A DNA stretch of 64,000 bases. It comes from Pseudobdellovibrionaceae bacterium. Its GTDB lineage: Bacteria; Bdellovibrionota; Bdellovibrionia; Bdellovibrionales; JAMPXM01. The stretch covers positions 800 through 64,799 of the forward strand of contig CANHQR010000014.1 in assembly GCA_947462815.1 (NCBI GenBank), given 5' to 3'. A model generated the notes under the pieces. That model was given only the letters and a program-made list of their open reading frames with translations, made no database searches and was not told where the DNA came from. Shown piece by piece: positions 27,936 to 35,809 of the stretch. The translations under genes were made by a program, and so were the position numbers. Within the stretch, counting starts at the first letter, position 1; each line of letters begins with the position of its first letter.

Positions 27936-28619
27936 ATGGAGAAGGGCTTTGGCGCGGGACAAATTGAGCTTAAACACTACGCAGAGTCAGTTTTCCGTCC
28001 CGTGGATTCGGCGCTGGAACGTATCGGGCAAAGTATTGCGAGCTCGGGACTTCCTCAAATTCAGGTCGGACCTATGGACGGGCGGCATTTAGAAGTCTTG
28101 TCCCGGGCCTTAGCGCCCTCGACGATTGTGGAGATCGGGACCCTGGGCGGCTACTCCGGCCTTTGTCTTATGCGCGGCATTCGGCCCGGGGGCGAGTTTC
28201 ATGGCTACGAGAAGTCAGCGGCTCATGCCGAGCTGACAAGGCGGAATCTGCAGATCGCCAAAGAGCAAGAGGGACTTCAGGTCTCCATCCACATTCAAGA
28301 AGGCGAAGCCCTCAAGGCCCTAGCGCAATGGCCGAGAGACCGACGCGTCGATTTGGTGTTTATTGACGCGGACAAAGTCAGCTACTCCGCTTATCTCGAT
28401 TGGGCGGCTCAGCATTTACGCGTGGGCGGGGTGGTCTTGGGTGATAACACGTTTGGGTGGGGTGACGTGGTTCGCGTGCCGGAGTTGATCGGCCAGGCTC
28501 GAGATACGGTCGGGGCCCTGGATCAGTTCAATAGAAAGTTGGCGGCTGATTCTCGATTTCTCAGCACAATCTGGCCCACGGCTGAGGGCCTCACGATGGG
28601 TGTTAAGGTTCGCGATTGA
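27936..28619 (+). CDS. class I SAM-dependent O-methyltransferase (caffeoyl-CoA OMT/YrrM-like)
   Basis: The motifs are IVEIGTLGGYSGLCL, DLVFIDADKVSY and LRVGGVVLGDNTF. Confidence 0.8.
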   Translation: MEKGFGAGQIELKHYAESVFRPVDSALERIGQSIASSGLPQIQVGPMDGRHLEVLSRALAPSTIVEIGTLGGYSGLCLMRGIRPGGEFHGYEKSAAHAELTRRNLQIAKEQEGLQVSIHIQEGEALKALAQWPRDRRVDLVFIDADKVSYSAYLDWAAQHLRVGGVVLGDNTFGWGDVVRVPELIGQARDTVGALDQFNRKLAADSRFLSTIWPTAEGLTMGVKVRD

Positions 28620-28782
28620 ACGCTCACAAGGTGGGCCACTTGATTGTGCTCACGCGAACTCACTTCATGGCCCCAGTAGGTCCGGCGCTGTTTCGAGTCT
28701 CAAAAAAAGTAGTTTAAGTAAATAAAATCATTTGTGATTTAAACTTCCCAAGCACAATCAAAGGGCCCAGTTCGCAAAGGCC

Positions 28783-29007
28783 CTAGCGCAAATCGGTGTC
28801 GAGGCCGAAGACGGCGTAGAACATCCGCAGCGCAAAACCCAGAGAGGCAAGCCCGAATATAGCTCCGGCCATTTTCAGATCGGCGGCGACTTCACTGGCG
28901 AGACCAAGTTGTACTTGCATGTCGAAAGCACTGCCGAGGCCGATCAGTCCTGCGATCATGAGGGCGCAAGCGCCTATAAAAAAAGTGATTCGGCTAATGA
29001 GGTTCAT
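28783..29007 (-). CDS. small 2-TM membrane protein (74 aa)
   Basis: ATG 29007 has GGGAG 8 nt upstream. There are two hydrophobic helices (ITFFIGACALMIAGLIGLG and GAIFGLASLGFALRMFYAVFG). Confidence 0.45.
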   Translation of the reverse strand: MNLISRITFFIGACALMIAGLIGLGSAFDMQVQLGLASEVAADLKMAGAIFGLASLGFALRMFYAVFGLDTDLR

Positions 29008-29023
29008 GTCTGTACTCCCGGTT

Positions 29024-29077
29024 TGAATCTTGAATCTTGAATCTTGAGTCTTGAGTCTTGAATCTTGAGTCTTGAAG
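29024..29077. repeat. tandem heptamer array (TGARTCT)x7 plus a partial unit
   Basis: Read directly: TGAATCT x3, TGAGTCT x2, TGAATCT, TGAGTCT, then TGAAG. The array lies 17-70 nt upstream of the 74-aa gene start on the minus strand. Confidence 0.95.
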
Positions 29078-29120
29078 CGGAAGCTGAGCGTCTTTTTAAG
29101 TGAGGGTCTTGTTAATAGAG

Positions 29121-29134
29121 AGACTCAGGACTCA
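29121..29134. repeat. two inverted heptamer units (AGACTCA GGACTCA) complementary to the array
   Basis: The reverse complement TGAGTCCTGAGTCT matches array positions 29045-29058 at 13 of 14 positions. It overlaps the stop codon (29125-29127) of the upstream small gene. Confidence 0.8.
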
Positions 29135-29430
29135 CAACGTAAATTGGCGCAGGTGTCGATGATGTCGAGGCCCGAGGACTCGTCCGGAGATCGGCCTGTT
29201 TTGGATTGATGAAGACGTGAGTGGCGTTCGAAGCACTGTGTCGCGGCGTCTTCAAAAGCCGCATCCGCGGATCGGCCTTTACCGATGATTACGCCGACAT
29301 CTGTCGTTTCAACGCGACAAGTGCTTTTGCCTCGCGCCGCTTGTGCGGGCGAAGCGCCCATCAGAATGACGGCCGTGCTGAAGAGAAGAGCGCCCAAAAC
29401 CAAGGCTTTTGAGCTTGAAGTCTTGTTCAT
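29125..29430 (-). CDS. small secreted 4-Cys protein (101 aa precursor)
   Basis: ATG 29430 is preceded by GAGGA. The Sec signal is MNKTSSSKALVLGALLFSTAVILMGASPAQA. The mature part, about 70 aa, has 4 Cys. Confidence 0.45.
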   Translation of the reverse strand: MNKTSSSKALVLGALLFSTAVILMGASPAQAARGKSTCRVETTDVGVIIGKGRSADAAFEDAATQCFERHSRLHQSKTGRSPDESSGLDIIDTCANLRCES

Positions 29431-29607
29431 AGATTCATCCTCGCTTTTCAATGGGACATGGCGATCTATGCCTTTGAGCCCCTCATGTTGAGCCCATGAT
29501 GTTGAGCTCATGCCCTTGAAACAGAGCAGGGCTCAGGCCATCCGAGAACGAAGTATTGCGATTTGACCGGGGCTTGGTTGAGGATGTGAACAAAGGAGGC
29601 CTAACAG

Positions 29608-30333
29608 GTGTCAAAGGCTTCGACAGTGGAGCATCGCGAACGTCCTCTGGAATTGGCTGAGGCCTATGGCGCTTACCCCCAGCTCTGGGCGCAGCGTCCG
29701 CATTGGCCTGAGGCCCTCAGTGATGATTTGAACCTGAACTGCAGCCATTGCCGCATGACGAAAGTTGCCGAGAGCCGGCAAGCGAGCCTCTCGGTTTGGC
29801 CGAGACGTGATTGGGGCCCCTTTCTGAACTCCGTCAAGTGCTGCGCGCATCAGCCTCACTGGCCGAATTTCCTGATCGGCGCTGCCATCGAAAGCTCGGC
29901 GGGCGAGGCTGCGATTCTTATTGAAAATCTACTCATCCGTTCTCAATTGTTCGTGTGGGGGGCTCGACCCTCCAGGGAACGTCGTTTAGCGGAAGCTCGG
30001 TCCGGGCAATGCGGTTATGGGCGTGCGGCGGCTTTGGCTTGCCCACTTCTGAGCTCAAGCGGGCAGTGTTCGGTATGGCAGTTTCGGCCAGGGACTTGTG
30101 TGACTTATGTGTGTCAGTCGGCGCGTGGCGCTCAGGGTTTGTCGGCTTGGCGCGAATACGAATTGAAGCTTGTGGCTTGGGAGTCGGAGCTGGCTCATCA
30201 ACTCGCTTGGCAATTGGGTTACACCAACGATGACTTGGCTATGAAACTGACGTTCACCGAGGCCAGGGACTTCTATTTGAAGTGTCACGGACTTTTGAGC
30301 TCGGGTTGGCGGCCTGAGTTTGAAGTTGTATGA
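29608..30333 (+). CDS. YkgJ-family-like cysteine-cluster protein
   Basis: The Cys pattern is CSHC...KCC followed by ACPLLSSSGQCSVWQFRPGTCVTYVC. This resembles the CxxCxxCC / C-x-IY-x-RP-x-C zinc/iron-chelating family (PF03692-like). It has a GTG start. Confidence 0.5.
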   Translation: MSKASTVEHRERPLELAEAYGAYPQLWAQRPHWPEALSDDLNLNCSHCRMTKVAESRQASLSVWPRRDWGPFLNSVKCCAHQPHWPNFLIGAAIESSAGEAAILIENLLIRSQLFVWGARPSRERRLAEARSGQCGYGRAAALACPLLSSSGQCSVWQFRPGTCVTYVCQSARGAQGLSAWREYELKLVAWESELAHQLAWQLGYTNDDLAMKLTFTEARDFYLKCHGLLSSGWRPEFEVV

Positions 30334-30398
30334 GCTTAAAGCGGAGTTGAACACTCGCACTGTCCCTTTGACCCATCAGGCTCAATCGTGAAACTCTC

Positions 30399-30878
30399 AT
30401 GGCCATGAATAGTTCGGAGACCTCGGATTCTTCTCATCGGTCGGTGGCGGATCGCATGCGTGCGATGGTCGCTGAGTTCAGTCAGGACTCGGAATGGGAA
30501 GCGAAATACGCGCGAGTGATTCAAAAGGGAAAGGCCTTAGCCGAGCTCCCGGCCGCCTACCGAGACGAGAAATTCAAAGTTAAAGGTTGTCAGAGCCAGG
30601 TTTGGTTGCATGCCGAGCTTTCGCCTGAAGGGCGACTTCTTCTGCATGGCGATTCCGATGCCGTGATTGTTCGCGGTCTGGTGGCTTGCTTGATCGAAGT
30701 CTATAACCTGGCCACACCCAGTGAAGTACTGGCAAGCTCGCCGAATTTTTTAAAGGATGTTGGATTTGATTCGCACCTGAGTCCGAGTCGAGCCAACGGA
30801 CTCCATGCGATGGTCAAACAGATCTATCTTTATGCGACGGCCTTTGATGCGATGGCTCGACTCAAGTCGCCGCGCTGA
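30399..30878 (+). CDS. sufE: SufE-family sulfur acceptor protein
   Basis: The motifs are KVKGCQSQVWLHAEL (active-site Cys), DSDAVIVRGL and HLSPSRANGL. Confidence 0.85.
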   Translation: MAMNSSETSDSSHRSVADRMRAMVAEFSQDSEWEAKYARVIQKGKALAELPAAYRDEKFKVKGCQSQVWLHAELSPEGRLLLHGDSDAVIVRGLVACLIEVYNLATPSEVLASSPNFLKDVGFDSHLSPSRANGLHAMVKQIYLYATAFDAMARLKSPR

Positions 30879-30946
30879 TTTTCTGTTCCGCTCGGAGCCG
30901 AGCGTATTCAATCGCTCAAGCGCACTCGGCCCAAGTCAGCCTGTGA

Positions 30947-31807
30947 TCAGATATCCCAGATGGAAGGTGTCGTCGGTCGAAACTCTTCGTTGGTGAGATT
31001 GAAACCACGCAGGTTGGGACAGAACGGCATCGAAAGGTGAATGTGCCGACGATGATTTCGATCTTCCCAAGCGATGCTTCCTACGGGTCGACCACTTCGG
31101 CGACGCGGACAGCCACGCTGTTTATGGAGCTGATCAAAACACTGTCGAAGACCTGAGTAGAATTTTCTCTCCCGACTAGATGAGGAGTTCACAGCCTTCA
31201 GGTAATCGAGTTGTACAGGTCGACCGCCAGCAGGGAACACCGTGAACTTCGCAATGTCGATGGCTCGACCCACAGCATGTAGGGATTCGCTGCCGTGGTT
31301 GGAGTCGGCCATCACGCCGCGGTGGATGAGACTCAGTTTGCTTGTGGAGCCAACGCCAATTCTTTGCAGACCTTGATTCACACAGCGAATGAGATTTCTC
31401 TGAAGAAAAGCGAGGAAATCAGCATTCATTCCTCGTGAGCTCACGCAATTCGCGCCTTCGTAGTTACCGCGGATTGTTCCGCTGCACTCGTTCCAGGACG
31501 TCGACATCACGGGCTCGCCTGAGGGTGTGGTGCCATAGGGCTGGAGTTGTTGGTAGGCCTCGGCTTCGGTCCTTTCACGATCTACGAATTCGACACTGAT
31601 GACGTCCTGACCAATTTTAATCAACGGAATGTTTTCGATGAGTTGAATTTCTTCTTCGATCCCTTCCGCTTCGCGGTTCATCTCGTTTGAGAGGGGAGTC
31701 GAGGTGCCGGGAAAGGATCGGCCCGATGCCTCAATGGACACCATTGCCGCTTGGAAAATCGATACGAGCAGGGTGACCGTACAGAACTTATTAGTGAGGT
31801 TTTTCAT
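30947..31807 (-). CDS. secreted LAS-superfamily (M15/extensin-like) zinc peptidase domain protein
   Basis: ATG 31807 lies downstream of GGAGAG. The signal peptide is MKNLTNKFCTVTLLVSIFQAAMVSIEA. The H-x6-D motif is SLHAVGRAIDI and the HxH motif is NHRRHIHLS. Confidence 0.55.
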   Translation of the reverse strand: MKNLTNKFCTVTLLVSIFQAAMVSIEASGRSFPGTSTPLSNEMNREAEGIEEEIQLIENIPLIKIGQDVISVEFVDRERTEAEAYQQLQPYGTTPSGEPVMSTSWNECSGTIRGNYEGANCVSSRGMNADFLAFLQRNLIRCVNQGLQRIGVGSTSKLSLIHRGVMADSNHGSESLHAVGRAIDIAKFTVFPAGGRPVQLDYLKAVNSSSSRERKFYSGLRQCFDQLHKQRGCPRRRSGRPVGSIAWEDRNHRRHIHLSMPFCPNLRGFNLTNEEFRPTTPSIWDI

Positions 31808-31937
31808 GACTTCCACTCTCCATCAATTGGCTTCGAGTTTTTTGTTGCGCGATTGAGCTCGTTCGCAAGCCCGATCCGTTCTTTCCATTGAAACTTCGCT
31901 TCGCAGGATTTGAAAATCGGGCGAGGTTTTCGGCGAT

Positions 31938-31982
31938 CAGAATCCGGCCAATTAGAATCCGGCCAATTAGAATCCGGGCGGA
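31938..31982. repeat. 3 tandem 15-bp units spanning the stop codon of the 335-aa gene
   Basis: On the plus strand the units are CAGAATCCGGCCAAT, TAGAATCCGGCCAAT and TAGAATCCGGGCGGA. On the coding strand this reads GGA TTC TAA / TTG GCC GGA TTC TAA / TTG GCC GGA TTC TGA, giving three in-frame stops 15 nt apart. Confidence 0.9.
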
Positions 31983-32974
31983 ACGACCATGATTCCGGAT
32001 CGGTACAATTCGATGTTTGTCCAACGGGGCGCGTAGCCGTGTTGGTTGGCCATGAGCGGGTTGAATTCACCCATCTCAATATTGTCGAAGCCGCCAAGGC
32101 GCCGCATGGAGTGCGCCTCAACCACGCGGCCGAAGCTTCCGGGAAACACATGGTAACCGAGATGGGCGATCGCCACGAAGAAGGGGATGTTCCTGAAACT
32201 TTGCGGCGGACGCGTTCCGAAGCCGACCAGAGTTTGTCGATCGTGAACAGGCACTGTGTAATACAAACCGCGCCGTACGACAGAGTTGTAAGTGGCCACG
32301 TGTTGGCCGCGTTTGGGATCATGGGGTTTCTCGGGCACGGTGCGCTGCCAGATCTCGTTTTCCTCGGCGTCCCACTGCGCATTCTGTCTTGGGTCGGGAT
32401 TCCAATACAGGCTGCGCCAACCCAGATCGATGAGAGCGAGTTGGAGCTCGTGACCAAACCAGTTCACACTTCCGCCTGTGCGGGGATTCTTTCTTCCCAC
32501 CCACGACTTGAGTTTGCTCCAGGTGCCCGCTTGACCCGTTTGTTGAAACGACTGCTCGAGACAACCGAGGACCATGGTGATGCAGGCTGTGCTCTCCATT
32601 TGAGGCGCGCCTTCATTTATCGCGCGCTGACTCAATTGAGGAAAGTTTTGTCGGAGAGTGGCTTTGCGAACATCGACGAGGTGATAGTTTTTCCCCGCAT
32701 GTCGATTGCCGTAATACTTACTGAAGCCATAGCGGCGATGAAAGTTCACGTGTGTGGACCAAATGTTGTTGATGCATTGAGCGGTCAGCTGGGCTACTTG
32801 AGGTGCGGTTTGCTGGTGATATTGAATCTCTGCCTCGGTGAAATTGGCGCCGCTGACGGCCGCTTGGGCCGAGTTTGCGAATAAAGCTGCGATCCCGGTC
32901 ATCGACCCAATTTTGAGCGCTTTGATCATGAGCCGAAACTCGCCGTGAAGTGATACTAAATTTTGAACTTTCAT
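31967..32974 (-). CDS. hypothetical secreted protein (possible papain-fold Cys/His hydrolase)
   Basis: The signal peptide is MIKALKIGSMTGIAALFANSAQA. It is rich in W, Y, N and Q. The candidate Cys (ESTACITMVLGC) and His (LGYHVFPGSFGRVVEAH) spacing is compatible with an NlpC/P60-type fold, but I recognised no firm family. Confidence 0.5.
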   Translation of the reverse strand: MKVQNLVSLHGEFRLMIKALKIGSMTGIAALFANSAQAAVSGANFTEAEIQYHQQTAPQVAQLTAQCINNIWSTHVNFHRRYGFSKYYGNRHAGKNYHLVDVRKATLRQNFPQLSQRAINEGAPQMESTACITMVLGCLEQSFQQTGQAGTWSKLKSWVGRKNPRTGGSVNWFGHELQLALIDLGWRSLYWNPDPRQNAQWDAEENEIWQRTVPEKPHDPKRGQHVATYNSVVRRGLYYTVPVHDRQTLVGFGTRPPQSFRNIPFFVAIAHLGYHVFPGSFGRVVEAHSMRRLGGFDNIEMGEFNPLMANQHGYAPRWTNIELYRSGIMVVPPGF

Positions 32975-33408
32975 TGCCTCGCGCCTTTCGCAATCGGAAT
33001 TCTTTCTTTAACTTCAACTCGTCAGTTTAATTTTGGAGTTCCTCGGCAGAGAGCGAAGTTCGCACCACGTTGAGAATTGCCTCAATTCGATTTGATCGAC
33101 CTTGATTGGTAAATCGCGATTTGCTGAGCGGCCTTTTGTCGCAGGATTCGCATTTGCGAAACTTGAGCAAAAGACAAATATGAGGAGCGAGGAGGGTGGT
33201 CTGGGTCGATCGGCAGGACGTCTTGGTCTTCGACTCTTGGACAGGTCGAAACCCCGACGGGTGTCGAGGCGAGTTGGGTCAATTTCAGGCTCGTTCGTGA
33301 GGTGCTTTGACAAGAGCTCCTGGCATTTTAATTCTAGAAGGAGAGCAGATTCGAGGCCTCCACGCCTTGCGTTTGTCCGTCAACAAAACCCGTTGAGAAG
33401 CGAAACAC

Positions 33409-34332
33409 ATGAACTCTCGTCGACCTCAGTCAGAGAAGGAGACTTCGCAGGACAAGGTCGGGTCGCATTTGAAGCTCTCTGCGACGGGTTTCGAAAGTCT
33501 GCTGAATTCCAAAGATGAGATCGCTTTTCTCAAGTTCTACCTTGAAGTGGGTCGCGCTCAAGATGAGTCGGCTTCGGCGCTCGCCGCACGCGCGGGTTTT
33601 AAGTCGTCTGGGCATATCAGCGATTTGTTGGCGGGCCGGAGACAATTGACCTTAAAGAGCCTTGAACCTCTCTCACGCTCGCTCAGGCTTCCGGATTTGT
33701 ACCAACAGTATTTCGTCATGCTGGCTCGTAAAACTCGTCCTCAGGTCCTCGGCGGCGGAGCAGAGATTTCCATTCTTGAGGCGGAACATCGGCGCTTACG
33801 CTCGCGACTTCGCGAGGATCTCGATGCGCCTCGAAAGGCCGAAGAGGGCGAGCAAATCGTATCCTCATTGGCGACCTTTGTTCTCTTTGCCGCGCTTGAG
33901 CCCAATCGGGGTCTGAGCCGAGATGAGCTACGGGGGCGCACGGGGCTGGAAGCCCGCATCCTCGAGAGCGAACTGAAGAAGCTGATGGATCTCAAGTTGA
34001 CCTATGAGTTCGACGGCAAAGTGTTCTGTCAGCAAGAGCGCTTTCAGTTTATGGGCGAAAGCTTTTCTCGCTCCTTCAAAGCCTGTTTTGTCGAGGCGGG
34101 CGAATTGATGCTCAAAAGGGCCAAGGTGATGGAAGAGCATCCAACTGACTTGTTTATGTACACCTCGTTTTTGGTGCCCGGAAATATACGGAGGTCCCTG
34201 CAGAGCAAGATCCAGTCCCTCATTCTTGCAGAGTTGGACCGGGAGCAGCCAGATTCGGGTGATGAAGTGGCACATTTGATCTTTTCCGTCATGACCGCGA
34301 GGTCTCCCGAAAACGAGCCGAAGGAGAGCTGA
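33409..34332 (+). CDS. TIGR02147-family protein (HTH-containing, DUF4423-like)
   Basis: The N-terminal region LKFYLEVGRAQDESASALAARAGFKSSGHISDLLAGRRQLTLKSLEPLSRSLRLPDLYQQYFVMLAR matches my recollection of the TIGR02147 pattern (aGf.S.sy.s.vl.GkR.Lt...YF..Lv). Confidence 0.55.
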   Translation: MNSRRPQSEKETSQDKVGSHLKLSATGFESLLNSKDEIAFLKFYLEVGRAQDESASALAARAGFKSSGHISDLLAGRRQLTLKSLEPLSRSLRLPDLYQQYFVMLARKTRPQVLGGGAEISILEAEHRRLRSRLREDLDAPRKAEEGEQIVSSLATFVLFAALEPNRGLSRDELRGRTGLEARILESELKKLMDLKLTYEFDGKVFCQQERFQFMGESFSRSFKACFVEAGELMLKRAKVMEEHPTDLFMYTSFLVPGNIRRSLQSKIQSLILAELDREQPDSGDEVAHLIFSVMTARSPENEPKES

Positions 34333-34335
34333 TTC

Positions 34336-34917
34336 ATGAGCCAGAGTTCAAAAGCGCGTTCGCAAATCAAAGCGATTCCTCGAGTTCTTGTCTCCCTAGT
34401 TATACTCCTTTTGACGTTGGCAACCGCGAGCTTGCTGGGGGCACCTTCCGCCTCAGCGCGCAATCCCGAGGTGGTTTCCGGACCCGAGCGTAATCACCTG
34501 GTGCCGACGAGCCCTAGAGTTTCGCAATTTCCTCGGGAAGGGGAAATCCGCAGGGATGATCTTTTTCAAATCGTGAGGAACCTCGAGACTGTTACGGAGG
34601 CCGATCACCTTGGGAAATGTTCGAACTTCCTTATCCTCGAGCTTCGCGAGCGCATGGGTGAGTTTGAGCTGCAGCGCCAAGTTTTGAGAGACATTGAAGG
34701 CGTACTTCGTCAGCGCCAGAAAACGTATCGTTCTGAACAGTTTGTTCAGGAACGACATGTTCTGCTTGAGTTCAATAATGAGTTTACGCCTCAGCAGCGA
34801 GTCGAGGTCTTCGAGTTAATGCGAAAGAGGTATCGCAACTCGGTGACTCTAAAAAAGTGTGAGCCGCCACCGGATACAGTCAATCGCGGGACAGGATCGA
34901 ATCAGCCGCCACCTTGA
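34336..34917 (+). CDS. hypothetical exported protein (possible Spy/CpxP-like LTXXQ motif)
   Basis: It starts 4 nt after the upstream stop. The TM/signal segment is VLVSLVILLLTLATASLLGAPSASA. The helical C-terminus contains FTPQQRVEVFELMRKR. Confidence 0.4.
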   Translation: MSQSSKARSQIKAIPRVLVSLVILLLTLATASLLGAPSASARNPEVVSGPERNHLVPTSPRVSQFPREGEIRRDDLFQIVRNLETVTEADHLGKCSNFLILELRERMGEFELQRQVLRDIEGVLRQRQKTYRSEQFVQERHVLLEFNNEFTPQQRVEVFELMRKRYRNSVTLKKCEPPPDTVNRGTGSNQPPP

Positions 34918-34937
34918 TCCTGATCATCATTGAAAAT

Positions 34938-34975
34938 GAAGAACCCAGCCACTTCGGCTGGGTTCTTCGTTTTGT
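34938..34975. terminator. bidirectional rho-independent terminator between convergent genes
   Basis: A perfect 13-bp stem (GAAGAACCCAGCC, loop ACTTC, GGCTGGGTTCTTC) is followed by GTTTTG and preceded by AAAATG. Confidence 0.8.
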
Positions 34976-35055
34976 CGTGGTCCACTTGTCTTCAAGATGT
35001 CTCGTCGGGTTCCGTCTCAAAGGTCCATCTCACAGATCCACCTTAAAGATCCGAC

Positions 35056-35763
35056 TTAAAGATCTACAGTGACGTGAATTCGATGTGTGTCATCGTTGTC
35101 GTCGAGCAGAGCAATGAATTCCATGACTTCCTTTTTTTGCGCGTCCGAGAGTTCCGTATAATTCTTCGGTTTGTAGCTGAGTTCAGCCGTCGAAACTTTG
35201 AAGCCACGGGCGACCAAAGCGGTCTCGATGGTCTTCAAATCTTCGGGAGCACCGTAGAATCCGTACTTATCCTCACCCAAATTTTGAACGTCGCTGGCGC
35301 CAGCCTCAATTGCTTCTTCCTCGGGATCCTTGACGCCCGGCTTTGTACCTTCCAACAAGCAAACGCGATCAAACATCCAAGCCACGGAACCTTCGGCCCC
35401 GAGTGCGCCGCCATTTTTGTTGAATACATTTCGAATTTCGCTGGCGGTTCGATTGCGATTGTCGGTTTGGCACTCGACGATCACGCCCACCTTGTGGGGG
35501 CCATAGCCCTCATAGGCCAACTCTTCGATTTGCGAGGCGTCGTCCAAAAGGCCCGCGCCCTTTTTTATAGCGCGCTCAATGGTGTCCTTGGGGCAGGCCT
35601 TTTCTCGGGCCGCTTCAACGGCCATGCGAAGCCGAGAGTTGGCCGCGGGGTCAGGTCCGCCCAATTTGGCGGCGACCTGAATCTCGCGCGCGAGTTTTGT
35701 GAAGATGGCACCTTTTTTTGCGGCATTCGCCGCCATCATTGGATTCTTCCAGCTTTTACCCAT
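35056..35763 (-). CDS. YebC/PmpR-family transcriptional regulator
   Basis: From ATG 35763 the sequence is MGKSWKNPMMAANAAKKGAIFTKLAREIQVAAKLGGPDPAANSRLRMAVEAAREKACPKDTIERAIKKG...YEGYGPHKVGVIVECQTDNRNRT. Confidence 0.9.
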   Translation of the reverse strand: MGKSWKNPMMAANAAKKGAIFTKLAREIQVAAKLGGPDPAANSRLRMAVEAAREKACPKDTIERAIKKGAGLLDDASQIEELAYEGYGPHKVGVIVECQTDNRNRTASEIRNVFNKNGGALGAEGSVAWMFDRVCLLEGTKPGVKDPEEEAIEAGASDVQNLGEDKYGFYGAPEDLKTIETALVARGFKVSTAELSYKPKNYTELSDAQKKEVMEFIALLDDNDDTHRIHVTVDL

Positions 35764-35809
35764 GACCGCATCTTGACCTGAGGCCGCGAATCGAGCAACG
35801 AGGTAGGCG

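Noticed and set aside
29024-29077. The heptamer array considered as a CRISPR array or a coding-region phase-variation tract.
   Set aside because: The units are 7 nt with no spacers, so it is not CRISPR. It lies in an intergenic leader, not inside an ORF, so classical frame-shifting phase variation of a protein does not apply. It is retained as a finding of unknown function.
31910-32884. A 324-aa plus-strand ORF antisense to the 335-aa secreted protein gene.
   Set aside because: The minus-strand ORF has a clean signal peptide and protein-like composition (W, Y, N and Q rich). The plus-strand product has shadow-ORF composition, and its N-terminus is just the 15-bp repeat read in another frame (SGQLESGQLESG).
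32975-33408. The 434-bp intergenic region, and the 276-bp regions at 52357-52632 and 5731-6006, screened for riboswitches, sRNAs or small ORFs.
   Set aside because: I could not recognise conserved cores of the riboswitch classes I know (TPP, SAM, cobalamin, glycine, c-di-GMP-I). Only short hairpins and palindromes are present. A covariance-model scan (Rfam/Infernal) would be needed to say more.
35074-35781. A 235-aa plus-strand ORF that mirrors the YebC-family gene almost end to end.
   Set aside because: The minus-strand product is an unambiguous YebC/PmpR homolog. The antisense translation is R/L/G/V-rich with no motif, signal or RBS. It is a typical shadow ORF caused by codon bias.
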